Positions 30,077-43,205 of a stretch of DNA of 64,000 bases are shown here, in pieces. The translations under genes and the position numbers were made by a program. Below the pieces are notes generated by a model. It saw only the letters and a list, made by a program, of their open reading frames with translations. It was not told the origin of the DNA and ran no database searches. Source of the DNA: Octopus vulgaris (Eukaryota); contig OX597816.1 of the NCBI GenBank assembly GCA_951406725.2, forward strand, positions 42,222,001-42,286,000, written 5' to 3'. Positions within the stretch are counted from its first letter, which is position 1. The number at the start of each line of letters is the position of its first letter.

Positions 30077-31217
30077 TAAATATATATATATATATATGTA
30101 TGTATATATATACACATATATTTGCCGGTATGTATACACACATACATATATATATTTATCACACAACCATACGTGTATATGCATATCCATATGTACAGAC
30201 CATTCATACACTTATTATCTCATATTATACAGCTGCAGCTATACACATGAAAATATGAACATATAGTAAGCTCATAACTACACCTCAACATAATTTTAAT
30301 ATCATTGCTTACATTAAATTTTCTTATCATTTTTTAATAATTCATTTAAGCGATAATGAAATGCAATTAATCTAAAATTCCATATAAATTCGAAGTCATT
30401 TTGAACGGATAATTTTACACGCTATGTTGTCATATTAACTGTAATAAAACGGATGTAAACTACCTTCTTAATTAGTAAATTACCGTTGTATGACAACGTG
30501 TAGAATTCAAGAAAATAAAACATGTAGATATATTGAAAAGGAGAATACCAATTAATGACCTTTTCTAAAAAGAAAATTAGGACATAATTATTAGATAAAA
30601 TTCTTATAGTTACAATGAGATATGTGAATATTAAATCCCAACTCCCATCGAGACAATATAGAACAACCTAAGCGAAAAATTTCTTATGGCAATGAGAATC
30701 ATTATTACGAGCAAAAGAGAAGTCCTGACGATAATGATGAAAGCGATAACAATTTTAAGGTGGTGACGATGACGATGATGGTAATGTTTATGCTGTGATG
30801 ATGACAATGATGGTGATAACAAATATGAGCCTAACGCAAATGGCTGTCACGAAGTTATTAATTTAAATGATAAAAATATTTGAAATTTGTGGCTAGCTTA
30901 ACTTTGGTCCATATCCGTTACTGACGCAGTGTAGCTAATGGATCTTTATTACTCAGAGCTTATTAGGAAATGCTATAATCGACGAAGTGTGTTCAAAAAT
31001 TAAAAAGGTGTCAGGCTCTCGGAGTAGTATACGAGGGTGGGTTAGATTCAATTAAACATTAATAATTTTAAAAGTTCCTTTTAGTGAATTCTCTTGGAAG
31101 TGGACGAAATTTGGCATCGTGGTGTTAATAATCATCTGCAAAAATGTGGTTAGCCAACAAGAACATTTATGCAGAGATGGATACTGTATAAGGGGATGGT
31201 ACTCCAGATTTATCAAA

Positions 31218-31484
<267 letters not shown>

Positions 31485-31539
31485 ACACATTCATATATCT
31501 ACTTAACAGCCTACTAATTATTCTACTTGTATATAAGTA

Positions 31540-32330
31540 TAAACTGTGAGTATAGGGGAATGATTACCTACTACGTATATTTCCTATTTAGTACTGGGGA
31601 TGTTTCATTTATGAGGAGGTACTCCTGTATTTGTCTGATGGTTGGATCCTGTAGGTTCTTGGATAAAATGCGGATATCAAGTTGAACCAGGTTGCCTTCG
31701 TGTTGTTCCTTGGCATGTTGGTAGAGTATAGCGGACTCTGTTTTGCCGCTATATTGTCTCAAATATTCATCTAGTCTTTCCGCAATGCTCCTAGAGGTCT
31801 CTATGTATTGCATGTTCATATCGTTACAAGCACCTTCTATGTTCTAGACTACTTTTCTAGCTCTGTAGATAGTGTCAGGCTTAGTCCTATATACCCTGCA
31901 CTTATCATTGGTGCATATGGTATTCTCAAAGGGGTACATGCTACACAGTTGTCAACTGATGGAGTTTGCTGGCTATTCAGCAATCTTAATGTTAAGTTTG
32001 GTCTCCTGCAAATTTTCCTAAATCTACGGACTCGCTCTCAATGGGCTGTGGATTCTACAAACCTCACTTCTTGATATGTGTCGGTTCTATACCACGTGTT
32101 CACCGTGTTTACTTTGTCACAAGCTCTTTGTATGCTATTCCAGTAATTACTTGTATATCTAGGGCAAGTACCATTGATTTAACTACATATAACGTTATCT
32201 AACTTCTTTCTAGCATCCCTGTATAATCGAACCCTATCTTTCTGATCATATCCAGAGAATTGCATGCGGTTCATGAAGTTCTGTACATGTTTCTTCGTGT
32301 CATAGTGCCTACATAGTGGGGACACGTTTT
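31540..32330 (-). mobile_element. Penelope-like element remnant with GIY-YIG endonuclease
   Basis: ORF 31571-31819 YIETSRSIAERLDEY..SAILYQH..RQIQEYLLINETSPVLNR fits the Penelope Uri/GIY-YIG C-terminal motifs; upstream extent approximate. Confidence 0.7.
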
Positions 32331-35160
32331 TCATTATACTAAGTCTGCTATCAGTATGTTAAATTTCATGTAATATGACAAAGCTGAAGGAAATATACGT
32401 ATTAGGTAATCATACGCCGAAACGCACAGTTTATATTTATATAAAGGTAGAATAGCTAGTGGGCTGTTATGTAGCTGTATGTATGTGTGTATACATATGT
32501 ATACATAAACGTGTGTGTATATGCACATGCGTGTAGGCAAATGGGTATTAATGTAAACAGATAGACATACAGACGTTTAGGTACATAGGTAATATGTACA
32601 GTCAAGCACACATAAACACATACATGCAAATGAAGATTGAAACACATGACCATACACACCCACAAACTTAATTTCACACAAGGATACATATGGAGACACA
32701 CATCCATACATACAGACAATACACATAGTTACAAAAACCCTTACACACACATTCAGTCATGCACACAAAAAGAGACAAAGGTACACATACATACACATGA
32801 AAACACTCACACACACAAATTAGCACAGAAACACATGAACATGCATTATACATGCATGCAAACGCACACGCATACATAAATATATATATATATAGTGCGG
32901 AAATGGCTCAAGACCGGGGTGTCGTGGCCGAGTCTGTGGTCTTGGTGGTGTTTGAGAGGTAGAGTGGAGAGGTGGTAGGTGAGGGGAAACGGGAGGTGGG
33001 TGACGGCGGGGCGGGTGCGGGTAGAGAGAGCAGATGCACGGTCCACGGAACGTGCTCTGGCAAGGGTGGTGTGGATAGTGGTGAAAGGATATCGATGTAG
33101 GAGGAATTGAAGAGCCATGAGCAAGGAGACTACGGCAGCGGTACTACGGCAGCACTCGTCCTATTTTTCTGGACACACACACACACACACATATATATAT
33201 AAATATATACATATATATATGTAAAGAGAACAAAGTGTACAAAGTGTACAAAGTGTACAAAGTGTACTTTCACACACACGCACACACATATGTATGTACA
33301 CACACACACACACATATATATATATATTTATATACATCCATATTTGCGTGTCTGACTGCGTGGAATTTTATGTTTGAGAGTGTGTGTCCCGTGTTATTAC
33401 CTGTGTGTCAATACTTTTATTAAGCTCTACATTATTTATGGTTACTGTAGAATTATTCCTGTTATTCACTTTGCTCTGCAACGAAAAGCACATCAAATTA
33501 CCAACAACGATACTCTCCCAGTACTTTGCGTGAGCCATGGTGAAATTGATACGACGATTCATATTCGATAATATATACGTTTGGGTAATTGTTTAAATGT
33601 AATGACGACTATCTTGCAGCTTCAGGCATTACACTGTGTTGTAATTTCATGAATTTAAATGGATTTGAAACAAATGGGAATTGACTGCGGCCAAATATAA
33701 TTTTTTCATGTGTATTAGTTTTGTGATTATACATTGATGCTATCGGTCTTTAGCTTCCGCTGAGACATGATCGAGTAGACCTCTCGTCAACTACCTTACA
33801 CTAATTTTTACAAAGATGTCTTCAAAGTCCGCAATCTGGCAGAACCGTTAGCGCACCGGGTAAAATGTTTCGAAGCGTTCAGTCCGTGTTCACATTCTGC
33901 TTTCGAATTCCGTTGAGCTCTTTATTCTTTCGAGGTCCTTCAAATTAGGCTCGACTAGGACATTCCTTCGAAATTACTGGCCTTTTGCCAAAATTTGAAA
34001 CCAGTCTATCTTATTTTCCATTAATAAAACATAAAGCTTTGTGACTGCAACAAACCCCGTAGATGCACTGAATACATTTCGTGTAATTATTGGTGATGAG
34101 ACCAAGGTATAAGTACATGCAATAATCCATTGTTTGACTCATTTACATAATGAAATATGGATTTTCATGTTAATCCTTTCTGAAAAACAAGGTAGTGTGT
34201 ATTAAGTTCGTAGCTATATTCTAATTTCATGTGAATCTAAATTATATAGTGACTGTTCACATTTATTTTGTGCTCTCAGGAAAAATATTTAGAAAATATA
34301 ACACATTATTTGCGTTTGAGATTCTGAATTGAAACTGGTCAAATAAATTTATCGAAGTATTGTACGATAGCCGGAGTGTCTGTGATTTTAATAGCTAAAA
34401 TGTAGCAGTCCACTAACCATAACAAAATTTATTTCAACAAAAGAGATCTTCGCCTCGTAATATAATCTATTTTGAATTTTGATACTGATTTAATTATTCT
34501 ATAACATTTTTTATTACGTTATAAGTTTATAGGAAAGTGTATCAGAAGAAAAAATACAACAAATTTATTTGAGTAAAAAGAATATAATAACGCTAAGCCG
34601 AAATTTTAATATAAAAAAAAATTGTTTTAATGACTGGGTTATTAAAATTTTGTAAGTCAACAAATTATACAAAAGAAATTTTCCAGCCAAATGTAACTAT
34701 TTAAGACGCATTCAGTGAAGAGTGAAAATATAAGACTATTAATATTTCTTTGAAGAATGACCAAGAAATTGATATAAATAGAGAAGCAGTAAAAATGAGC
34801 TATACAAGAATTATAACACTTGCACAATCATCAGTTTAATATTCTGATGGAAGAGATCAATATATTATGAATTACGAATCATAATAAGTACTAGTATGTG
34901 CCAATGCATATCTAGTGAATTCTTTAATATAGTTGAAAACCAGGTCATGCGAAATTTCGTTAAGCAACCTCGAATCGAAATCTTTCTTCAATTAGTACAA
35001 GCGTTCATTTCCTTGTCTATAGGCAAGTAACATATAATTTTGCTGCACATGCCAGTATATTTCATACAGATTTTACAAGGCGTTAAATTCTAGTTCCTTA
35101 TCGACATTGAATCAAGTCCACCTACAAACATTTCAAGTAAATGTGTTTCAAATTTGGTAA

Positions 35161-35219
<59 letters not shown>

Positions 35220-35221
35220 AT

Positions 35222-36125
35222 AATATCAGCAATGCAATACAAAGTATCGCCTTCCAGTAAAAAGTAGCCCGTGAGGGAAAAAATACACAAATTAGTAAAT
35301 AAATGGCACAACTAAGTACCGATATTTACTGGAAATAGCGAACGTAAAAATACGACGCTAATGTGTAGCTTCACCGCGTATGTATTAGCAAAAATGCGTG
35401 TGTGCAACAAACTAGAGCAAAAAAACGTCTTACCTCCAGGGAGAACATCTGAAAGATGAAACACCCGGAAAAGGACAATGTGGGGCCTGCAGGTTTCAGG
35501 TTTTACAAGATATGTCTCTCACCCATATTTTGTTTTACCTTCATCAGAGGTAAGACGTTTTTTTGCTCTAGTTTGTTGCACACACGCATTTTTGCTAATA
35601 CATACGCGGTGAAGCTACACATTAGCGTCGTATTTTTACGTTCGCTATTTCCAGTAAATATCGGTACTTAGTTGTGCCATTTATTTACTAATTTGTGTAT
35701 TTTTTCCCTCACGGGCTACTTTTTACTGGAAGGCGATACTTTGTATTGCATTACTGATATTTTGAAACTTCTTCACCGTTTCTCGTACTGTTAGCGTTCC
35801 GCATTTCAGTCGAGTGTGATAGTATTAATGTGGTAACATCGTAGATTTCGTCTTGGTATATGCTTGTCTGATGAAGGTAAAACAAAATATGGGTGAGAGA
35901 CATATCTTGTAAAACCTGAAACCTGCAGGTCCCACATTGTCCTTTTCCGGGTGTTTCATCTTTCAGATGTTTTCCCTGGAGGTAGGACGTTTTTTTGCTC
36001 TAGTTTGTTGCACACACGCATTTTTGCTAATACATACGCGGTGAAGCTACACATTAGCGTCGAATTTTTACGTTCGCTATTTCCAGTAAATATCGGTACT
36101 TAGTTGTGCCATTTATTTACTAATT

Positions 36126-36127
<2 letters not shown>
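35222..36127 (+). mobile_element. Penelope-pLTR/retrozyme-like element: 432-bp unit, partial tandem repeat and 5' inverted copy
   Basis: 35549 repeats at 35981; 35222-35548 is the reverse complement spanning the unit junction; flanked by (TATC)n and (TA)n. Confidence 0.8.
35827..35938 (+). ncRNA. Hammerhead ribozyme type I-like
   Basis: CTGATGA 35868-35874; stem II aggt/acct; GAAA; palindromic cctgcagg; GTC; the stem I partner aatgtgg is displaced ~35 nt upstream. Confidence 0.6.
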
Positions 36128-36159
<32 letters not shown>

Positions 36160-36206
36160 TTCTTCCATGGGTTTGAGTAATTATTTCATTTATTTCTTTG
36201 CCGCAT

Positions 36207-36267
36207 TTATCACTGACGAAGAGAAGGTTCTTATGAATTAACTCTGAAATCGGGTCCGATATGATAA
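36207..36267 (+). ncRNA. Hammerhead ribozyme type I, canonical
   Basis: ttatca-CTGACGA-agag..ctct-GAAA-tcgg gt ccga-TA-tgataa: all three stems and core intact. Confidence 0.85.
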
Positions 36268-36428
36268 TAACGTAATTTTTTAGAAATTCCCGTCGGCTCT
36301 CTTCGAGACGCGTGCTTATAGTGATGAATTATATTGGTATGGACGTTGTGTCTAGTTTCGGTATATTTGGCATTAGAATTATTTTTCTTTTGCCCTTGTT
36401 TATAAGTTTAAAATGTTATCCTATATTA

Positions 36429-36488
<60 letters not shown>

Positions 36489-36493
<5 letters not shown>

Positions 36494-36765
36494 AAGATTT
36501 TTTTGCGTAATGAGATAAAAAACGAAGACTGTGTAGATATTAGAACATTTCTAGATAGAAAGTCTTACAGCTGTTTCCAGAATATTTATTAATTTTATCA
36601 CTTCATCGGAGATGGTGCGAGAGGATGGTTAAGTAATAGTTAACTATGAAAGGATATAATTAATAAATATCCTGGAAATAGTTGTAAGGCCTTCTATCTA
36701 TATATGTCCTAATAACTACACAGCGTGGCTGTTTTATTTCATTACGCAAAAAGTTCTTATATACA
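36489..36765 (-). mobile_element. Fold-back element with degenerate hammerhead (36563-36612, minus strand)
   Basis: Imperfect ~110-bp inverted arms; minus strand tct-CCGATGA-ag...GAAA-cagctg-TA-aga. Confidence 0.55.
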
Positions 36766-36845
36766 CACGCTGAAATATGGCCAACGTTGAACCCGTTATT
36801 CGCAATATCAACGAACCTGAAACTTAACTATCATCTGTCTGTAGC

Positions 36846-36947
36846 ACTTAATATCTAAATGGAGTATCGTAAAACTATTCACAGGCTATAAATGTATGAA
36901 AGAGATAAGAAATTGACTCATATGTTATATTTGGCAATTCATATGAA

Positions 36948-36990
<43 letters not shown>

Positions 36991-37055
36991 TATATATACA
37001 CGCATATACATATATACATAGACACGCATATATGGATATATATATATATACATAC
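36846..37055. repeat. Left arm of a long-range inverted repeat (partner 41885-42187)
   Basis: [23 protein letters not shown] appears in both ORF 36875-37069(-) and ORF 41712-42158(+). Confidence 0.85.
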
Positions 37056-37843
37056 TCACACACACACATATATATATATATTAATCAAAATGGCGGCATC
37101 TGATCAACATGCGCTTTTTAAGCTCCTAGAAAATCGCCGATAAATTTCGGAGAATCCTTGAATGTCTTCCTGAATGACTAAGTATTGACTTGAGGAAATA
37201 GAAATATAAAGTGAAATATATTAAGTAGGAATAATCTTTTGCGAATGTAGTAATTATAAACAGTGCAAATAACGGATTTTACGAAATTTCAAGATTAACT
37301 GCGATTTTCGATCGGAACAAAAGAATAAAAGAAAATGAAATCATCATCTGAATAACTTTTGAATGAAAGCGTAGCTAGACATATTTAAAAAAAAAAGAAA
37401 AACCATCTGAAATATATAGAAGGGGAGAACAGAAAATATATACACGTACAGCACATGGTATCACTTTAACTCGAAGAGAAGTTCGAAATCTTCCACTGCC
37501 TTGGAAATACCCGTCTCTTTGGAAAAACTAGATAAGCATCTGTGTATATATTTATATATACATTCCCTGGATATTGGAACAGTACCTCTAATGACTCTAC
37601 AAATTGAAAATAACTGTGTCTCCTTGCCGTGAATTTGTGTTACCATGTGTAGCAACCACGATCGAAAACATGCCATTCTACTTCGTAAAGATATCTGTGA
37701 GTACATCCCGAATTCTAGAAAAACCATACACACAGTTTCTCTAGAACATCCATACATACAGTTTTATTTATCAGCACGCGCCGCACACAAATATATACAC
37801 AAAGCGAATCTAAATCATACTTTCTTCTTCATCAATCATTATA

Positions 37844-38110
37844 TCCTTACATCTTTTGATTGTACATATAATTGTATCGTTTTATACACACACATACAAT
37901 GAGGGAAGCGGGAACAGTAAACAACGAAAAATAAGATATTATTTATTTATCTCCCTAACAAGTGCGTGCATTATAAACACACCAACCATTGACTCCTTAC
38001 ATCTCTTGATTACACATATAATTGCATCTTGTATACACACATACAATGGGGAAAGCGAAAACAGTTAACAACAAATAGTAACATCTTATTTATCTTCCTA
38101 ACAAGTGTGC
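37844..38110. repeat. Diverged ~149-bp tandem duplication
   Basis: tccttacatc...catacaatg...cctaacaagtg at 37844 and 37993. Confidence 0.7.
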
Positions 38111-38160
38111 TATATCTTCACTTTTTTTTCTTTCTTTCTTTACCTTGAACTACAGTACGG

Positions 38161-41105
38161 ATGGGTAGACAAAACAAAACTGCCACGGTATCATCTGTGG
38201 ATGAACCGTGCGACAAACCTGGTCGCTGTCCTAAAATAGAACGTTGCCCGGCAAACCACATCTGTCATCTATGCAGAGAACTCGAAAATTTCTTCCGAAA
38301 CAGATGCGTTGAATGCAGTAAATGTCGTGTTTCGATCTGCTTTCAATGTGCCACAAATTTTCAGAAGATCCCAGGTCAAAAGAGAGGACACCATACTTCT
38401 ATGATGGATAAACTCTGGAAAATGGTCCAGCTACCAAACTGGTCGTTTCAGTGCCTGACTTGTGTGTCCCCTGCCACCATTGCTACTGAACGCAACAACA
38501 AAACCCGACAACCGTGTCTTACGCTGCCATTGCTGCTGAACAGCAAAAGCCAACTACTTCGTCTCCCCAAACCAGTCCTGTTGATGAAGAACAACAGCAA
38601 AAACTGAAGCCGCCCGTGTCTTCCCCTGTCACTCTTCAACAGCAGCAACAAAAATCGGCCATTCATGTTGAAGAACATCAACAAAAACATAAACTTAAGC
38701 CCCCTGTGTCTTCCTCCCCTATTGCTCTTCGACAACAAAAATTGGTCATTCCAGCTGAAGTACATCAGCAGGAACAAAAACCAACCATGCCCTCCTCTCC
38801 TGATGCTTCTCAACTAAAGCAGAAATCGACCATCAGCACAGTAGTTGCAGAAATTAGAGGAATGATTTCTGCTTTAAGTCGTGAAGTAGCAGGACTCAGA
38901 ACCAGTGTCTGTGCGAAAACTCACAGCGAAGGATCATATCGGAGTGCCTTGCTCAGCAACTTACCTGTAGCTCGGTCGGACCTCAACGCATCGAGGGAGT
39001 TGCTGAACCAACCACTCATGAAGTAATAGCCATCGGAGTGCCGGAAGATGTGGTAGATCTGCAGGCACTCATTGGAAACACAGCTAAGGATCTCAGCTGT
39101 GTTCCTCCAAAAAGTGCTTTCCGCCTTGGCCGAACAGGACCCAAACCCAGGCTGATCAGGCTGATGTTCACAAACTTTGCTGAGGCGCGGGCATTCCATC
39201 TGGCTGCTGATAGAGTTCGGCGTGACAACATAATCAACTTTAGAACATGCCCTGGCCTACCACCCGATGTACGCCCAAAGCTAAGATCTGTAGCTTCCCT
39301 AAATCGCGACTCTATCCCACAGGAAAGATTTAGCCTCCGCGATGATGGGCAAATCTGGAAATTTGTTAAGTCTGGTGAATCGTGGATAAAGGATACCAGT
39401 TGGACTGAGCAGACTGCACCCACAACAACAACTGGCAATACAAAAATCTTGGGAAGCTAACCAAGAACAATCAGCCATTCCCTGTATATTATCATCTGAA
39501 ATCCAGACACGAACTACTGTCCTCGAATGCCCGTAGTTTATGCAACGAGGTGCATCTTTTTGACTCTTACGTCAAAAGTATAAACACAGATTTCATCACT
39601 GTCACCGTAACATGGGCACATTCTGCAGTCTGTGATGGAGTTTTCAACATAGCCGGCTACAACCTGTTCCGCAAAGACAGCATTAATCGCCGTGGAGGGG
39701 GTGTGATGATTTATGTTCGATCAAATCTATCGGCAAATCCCCTGTGATGATTTGAACCAATCTCAGCAGGAGGTATTTTTCTGCAAAATATACATGACCA
39801 TGTCAACACTTCTGCTTAGAGTTGTTTACCGCCCACCAAATTATCGTCAAGACGCACAGCTTTTTGATATCCTCAGAGCTGCTGCCATGAAAACAGCCAC
39901 ATATGTTTATATTGCGGGCGACTTCAATTTCCCTGAGATTGACTGGGAGGCCTTCCGTTGACCGCAAAGTGCAGACGATTTCCTCGAACTGGTGCTGAAT
40001 TCAAATTGGTCCCATGTCGTTACCTCCCCCACAAGGGGTAATAAAACTTTGGATCTGCTACTTACCGCTTCTCCTGAAACAATCATTAGTGTCACTACTG
40101 AAGAACCTTTAGGTGACTCTGATCATTCCATGATCACGGCCGAGCTGTCTCTGATGGGTTGTAACAAAAACCACAACCATCTTCAGACTGCCCACTTTGA
40201 CTGGAATAAAGCAGACTGGAGCTCTTATTGTACTGAGCTGCAACATCCAAACTGGCTCGAATTTTATGCCTCAGGAGATGTGGACACTATACTCCAGAAC
40301 ATTCTGAATTCAATATGGGCGGCATGTGCAGCACCAGTACCACGCAAGCACAAACAAAACACCCAATAGTGCAATTTGGGAGACTGCAGCAGTCCGACTT
40401 GCCAGGAAAGAACGCCGTAAGGCTGAACAGGATTACAAATTGCACAAATCAGAGATCAACAGGAAAAAGCGCAATAGGTCAGCCAACAACCTCAAGCAGG
40501 TGACAAAAAAGGCAGGTGACAAAACAACGTATTACAATCAACCCTGACAGCGAAGTGTTCTGGAAGTATGTGCACTCAAAGCAGAGGCCTCACTCTCCAG
40601 TTGGTCCCCTTCGCAATCACCACACAGGACAGATTACTGGCAATCCCAAAGAATGTGCAGAAATCATTGCCGGATGCTATACCGGCATGTTTACTGTCGA
40701 AGACCAAAATGTTCCATCTTCATCACCACTGGCATCGGACTCTATATCTACTATGCAATTTACACCAGCAATGCTACAACGCCACCTTATGAATAAACGC
40801 AACTATGCCTCTCCTGTTCTCGGTGGTGTTACATACCTACTTCTCAAACGCGGAGGGTACTTTCTTCTAAGCCAACTTTCTCTATTCTTCCAATTCTGCC
40901 TAGACAATGGTGTTACTCCAGAGCAGTGGAAAACTGCCAGTGTTATCCCTCTGTTCAAAAAAGGTGACCGCACATCGCCTGTCAACTAGTTAGTCTTACT
41001 AGCTGCATCGCCAAACTGATGGAATCTTGTATCAGGGAAACCCTCTGGAACCTCTGGAAGTCTCACAGCCTCATTCAGCCATCACAATTTGGATTTATTC
41101 CTAAC
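38161..41105 (+). mobile_element. CR1-group LINE, disrupted: ORF1 (Cys-rich PHD-like plus C-terminal domain) and ORF2 APE plus start of RT; 3' end missing
   Basis: CVECSKC..C..C..W.FQCLTC; FRLG..KPRLI; APE motifs NARSL, RGGGV, VYRPP, GDFN, LDLLL, SDH; WKTASVIPLFKKGDR; breaks off at QFGF. Confidence 0.85.
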
Positions 41106-41884
41106 TTCATATAAATTAAACAAAGGACAATATTCCAGGAGTATCAGAGATTGACTAAGCTGAAATACTTCGGTCAATCTCAGAAGAGCAATTTATACTG
41201 AGAGTCGACTGAATCCGATCAAAGAGTTTTATAATGATTTATTGTTTTGAAATACTAGAACTTATTACAGTACATAAATGGGCATACATACAAGCACGCA
41301 CAAACACGCAAACACACGCATATAGACACAGGCACACATACACTGACACACATTTATAATTTTAATGCATGTATTGTAGCATGACGTAATTAATATATAA
41401 TTAATTGATTGCAGAAATGTTAGAAATTGAATTAAATTCACTTTATTATAAATACCTTGATATTTAACAAATATCTTATTTCGAACTTGAATATGGATAC
41501 TTGGAAACTCGAATGCAATATTCTAGAGACGAGAAATAGATAACAAATTCAAAACAAATCTGATATGGTTGTTTTCTTTTAATGCTTAACAGATAAGCGT
41601 GAAACCAATGAATAAAACGCACCCTAGATATTCTTGTCTCTAAAATTTGAACTCTTAAATCCTCAAGTGTATATCTAAATGTAGAATTCCGGTAGAAGAA
41701 GTTCTCGAGTTATGCAAGACAAATTATACGAAAGGAAAATATTTGCTACGCTACATTTTGCACCGAAACCAAATTCTATTCTTAGTTTTAAATGCAGCCC
41801 TGATTTACAGAGCAATGAGAATATGGCAACTTCTAAAATGATCTCAGGTCGTATACTTCACATTCACACGAACATGCATATATA

Positions 41885-41980
41885 TATATGTACGTCTATA
41901 TATATACATATATGCGTGTCTATGTATATACATATATATGCCTGTATATATAAACATATATATGTATGTATATATTCATA

Positions 41981-42075
<95 letters not shown>

Positions 42076-42187
42076 ATATATGTATTTCATATGAATTGCC
42101 AAATATAACATATGAGTCAATTTCTTATCTCTTTTATACATTTATAGCCTGTGAATAGTTTTACGATATTCCATTTAGATATTAAGT
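41885..42187. repeat. Right arm of the long-range inverted repeat
   Basis: Reverse complement of 36846-37055. Confidence 0.85.
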
Positions 42188-42781
42188 AGATCGATAATAT
42201 TTCTGTGGATGTTTTCAGAGAAAATATACGAAATATACTATGGTTATAAATACTGTAAAACCAGTTAATGTAACATTTCACTAAGTGCGTCCCATTATCT
42301 TGTTTTTGTATTCTCTTACCCTTAAGTTCATGGGAATATTATTTCAGATATCAGTCCATACACCTACGTGGGACAATACAATGTCAAAATTATAATACGT
42401 ATACATATGTTCATACATTTACATATGCCAATATGTCTGTGATTTTGTATGAGTGTGATTTTAGATATTTATAATCGATCATGTTTCACTCACTATCAGG
42501 AAAGTAATTCCGATTCAATGGTTCGGTTCTAAAGAATGTAAATCTTATTCTTCAAAATACTTGGAGGTCATCGACACAAAGACAGCTAAGGATATATCAA
42601 TGACCCCGAGGCATTATGTTGCAGAAGCTATGGATACACACCTATCTGATATTTCAAAAGAAGAACATTGAAGCATTTACTCTCCGATATTACTGAAAAA
42701 TAAATTTACTTAACATATATTAAAACAACGAGAACAAAAGTAAATAACATAAATATACATACCTAGACACACATGTAGGTG

Positions 42782-42830
<49 letters not shown>

Positions 42831-42944
42831 GATGTGTGAGTGTACATATCCCAGTGTTGACAAATGTATGTGTGTATGCACATGTGAATATGGACATATA
42901 TATTTACATACACACACACCCATACAAACAGGTATCCTTATATT

Positions 42945-43205
42945 TTTTACTTTTTACTTCTTTCAGTCATTTGGGCACCGAAATTAGTCGAACAAATCGA
43001 ACAAATCTCTGCAAGCTTTGTACTTAATCTAACGGTCTCTTTTGCCGAACTGCAAAGTTACGGAGATGTAAACACTTGAACGTCGGTTGTCAAGCGATGG
43101 CTGGGGGAAAAACACAGTCACAGATACAGATATGCATACACACAAACATGCACACATATACGCACAGACGTATACAAAGGGATTCTTTCAGCTTCCGTCT
43201 ACTAA
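42945..43205 (-). mobile_element. SINE family A, diverged partial
   Basis: ttttcagtcattt...ggtctcttttgccgaac...cggttgtcaagcgat. Confidence 0.7.

Noticed and set aside
32895-33170. G-rich insert between microsatellites, possibly a Penelope GIY-YIG tail
   Set aside because: Motif match too weak to annotate
33231-33267. (caaagtgta)4 repeat
   Set aside because: Simple minisatellite; similar short tandem duplications occur at ~29645, ~48460 and ~50270
41125-41190. Hairpin gagattgac..gtcaatctc with hammerhead-like flanks on the minus strand
   Set aside because: Too many core deviations to call
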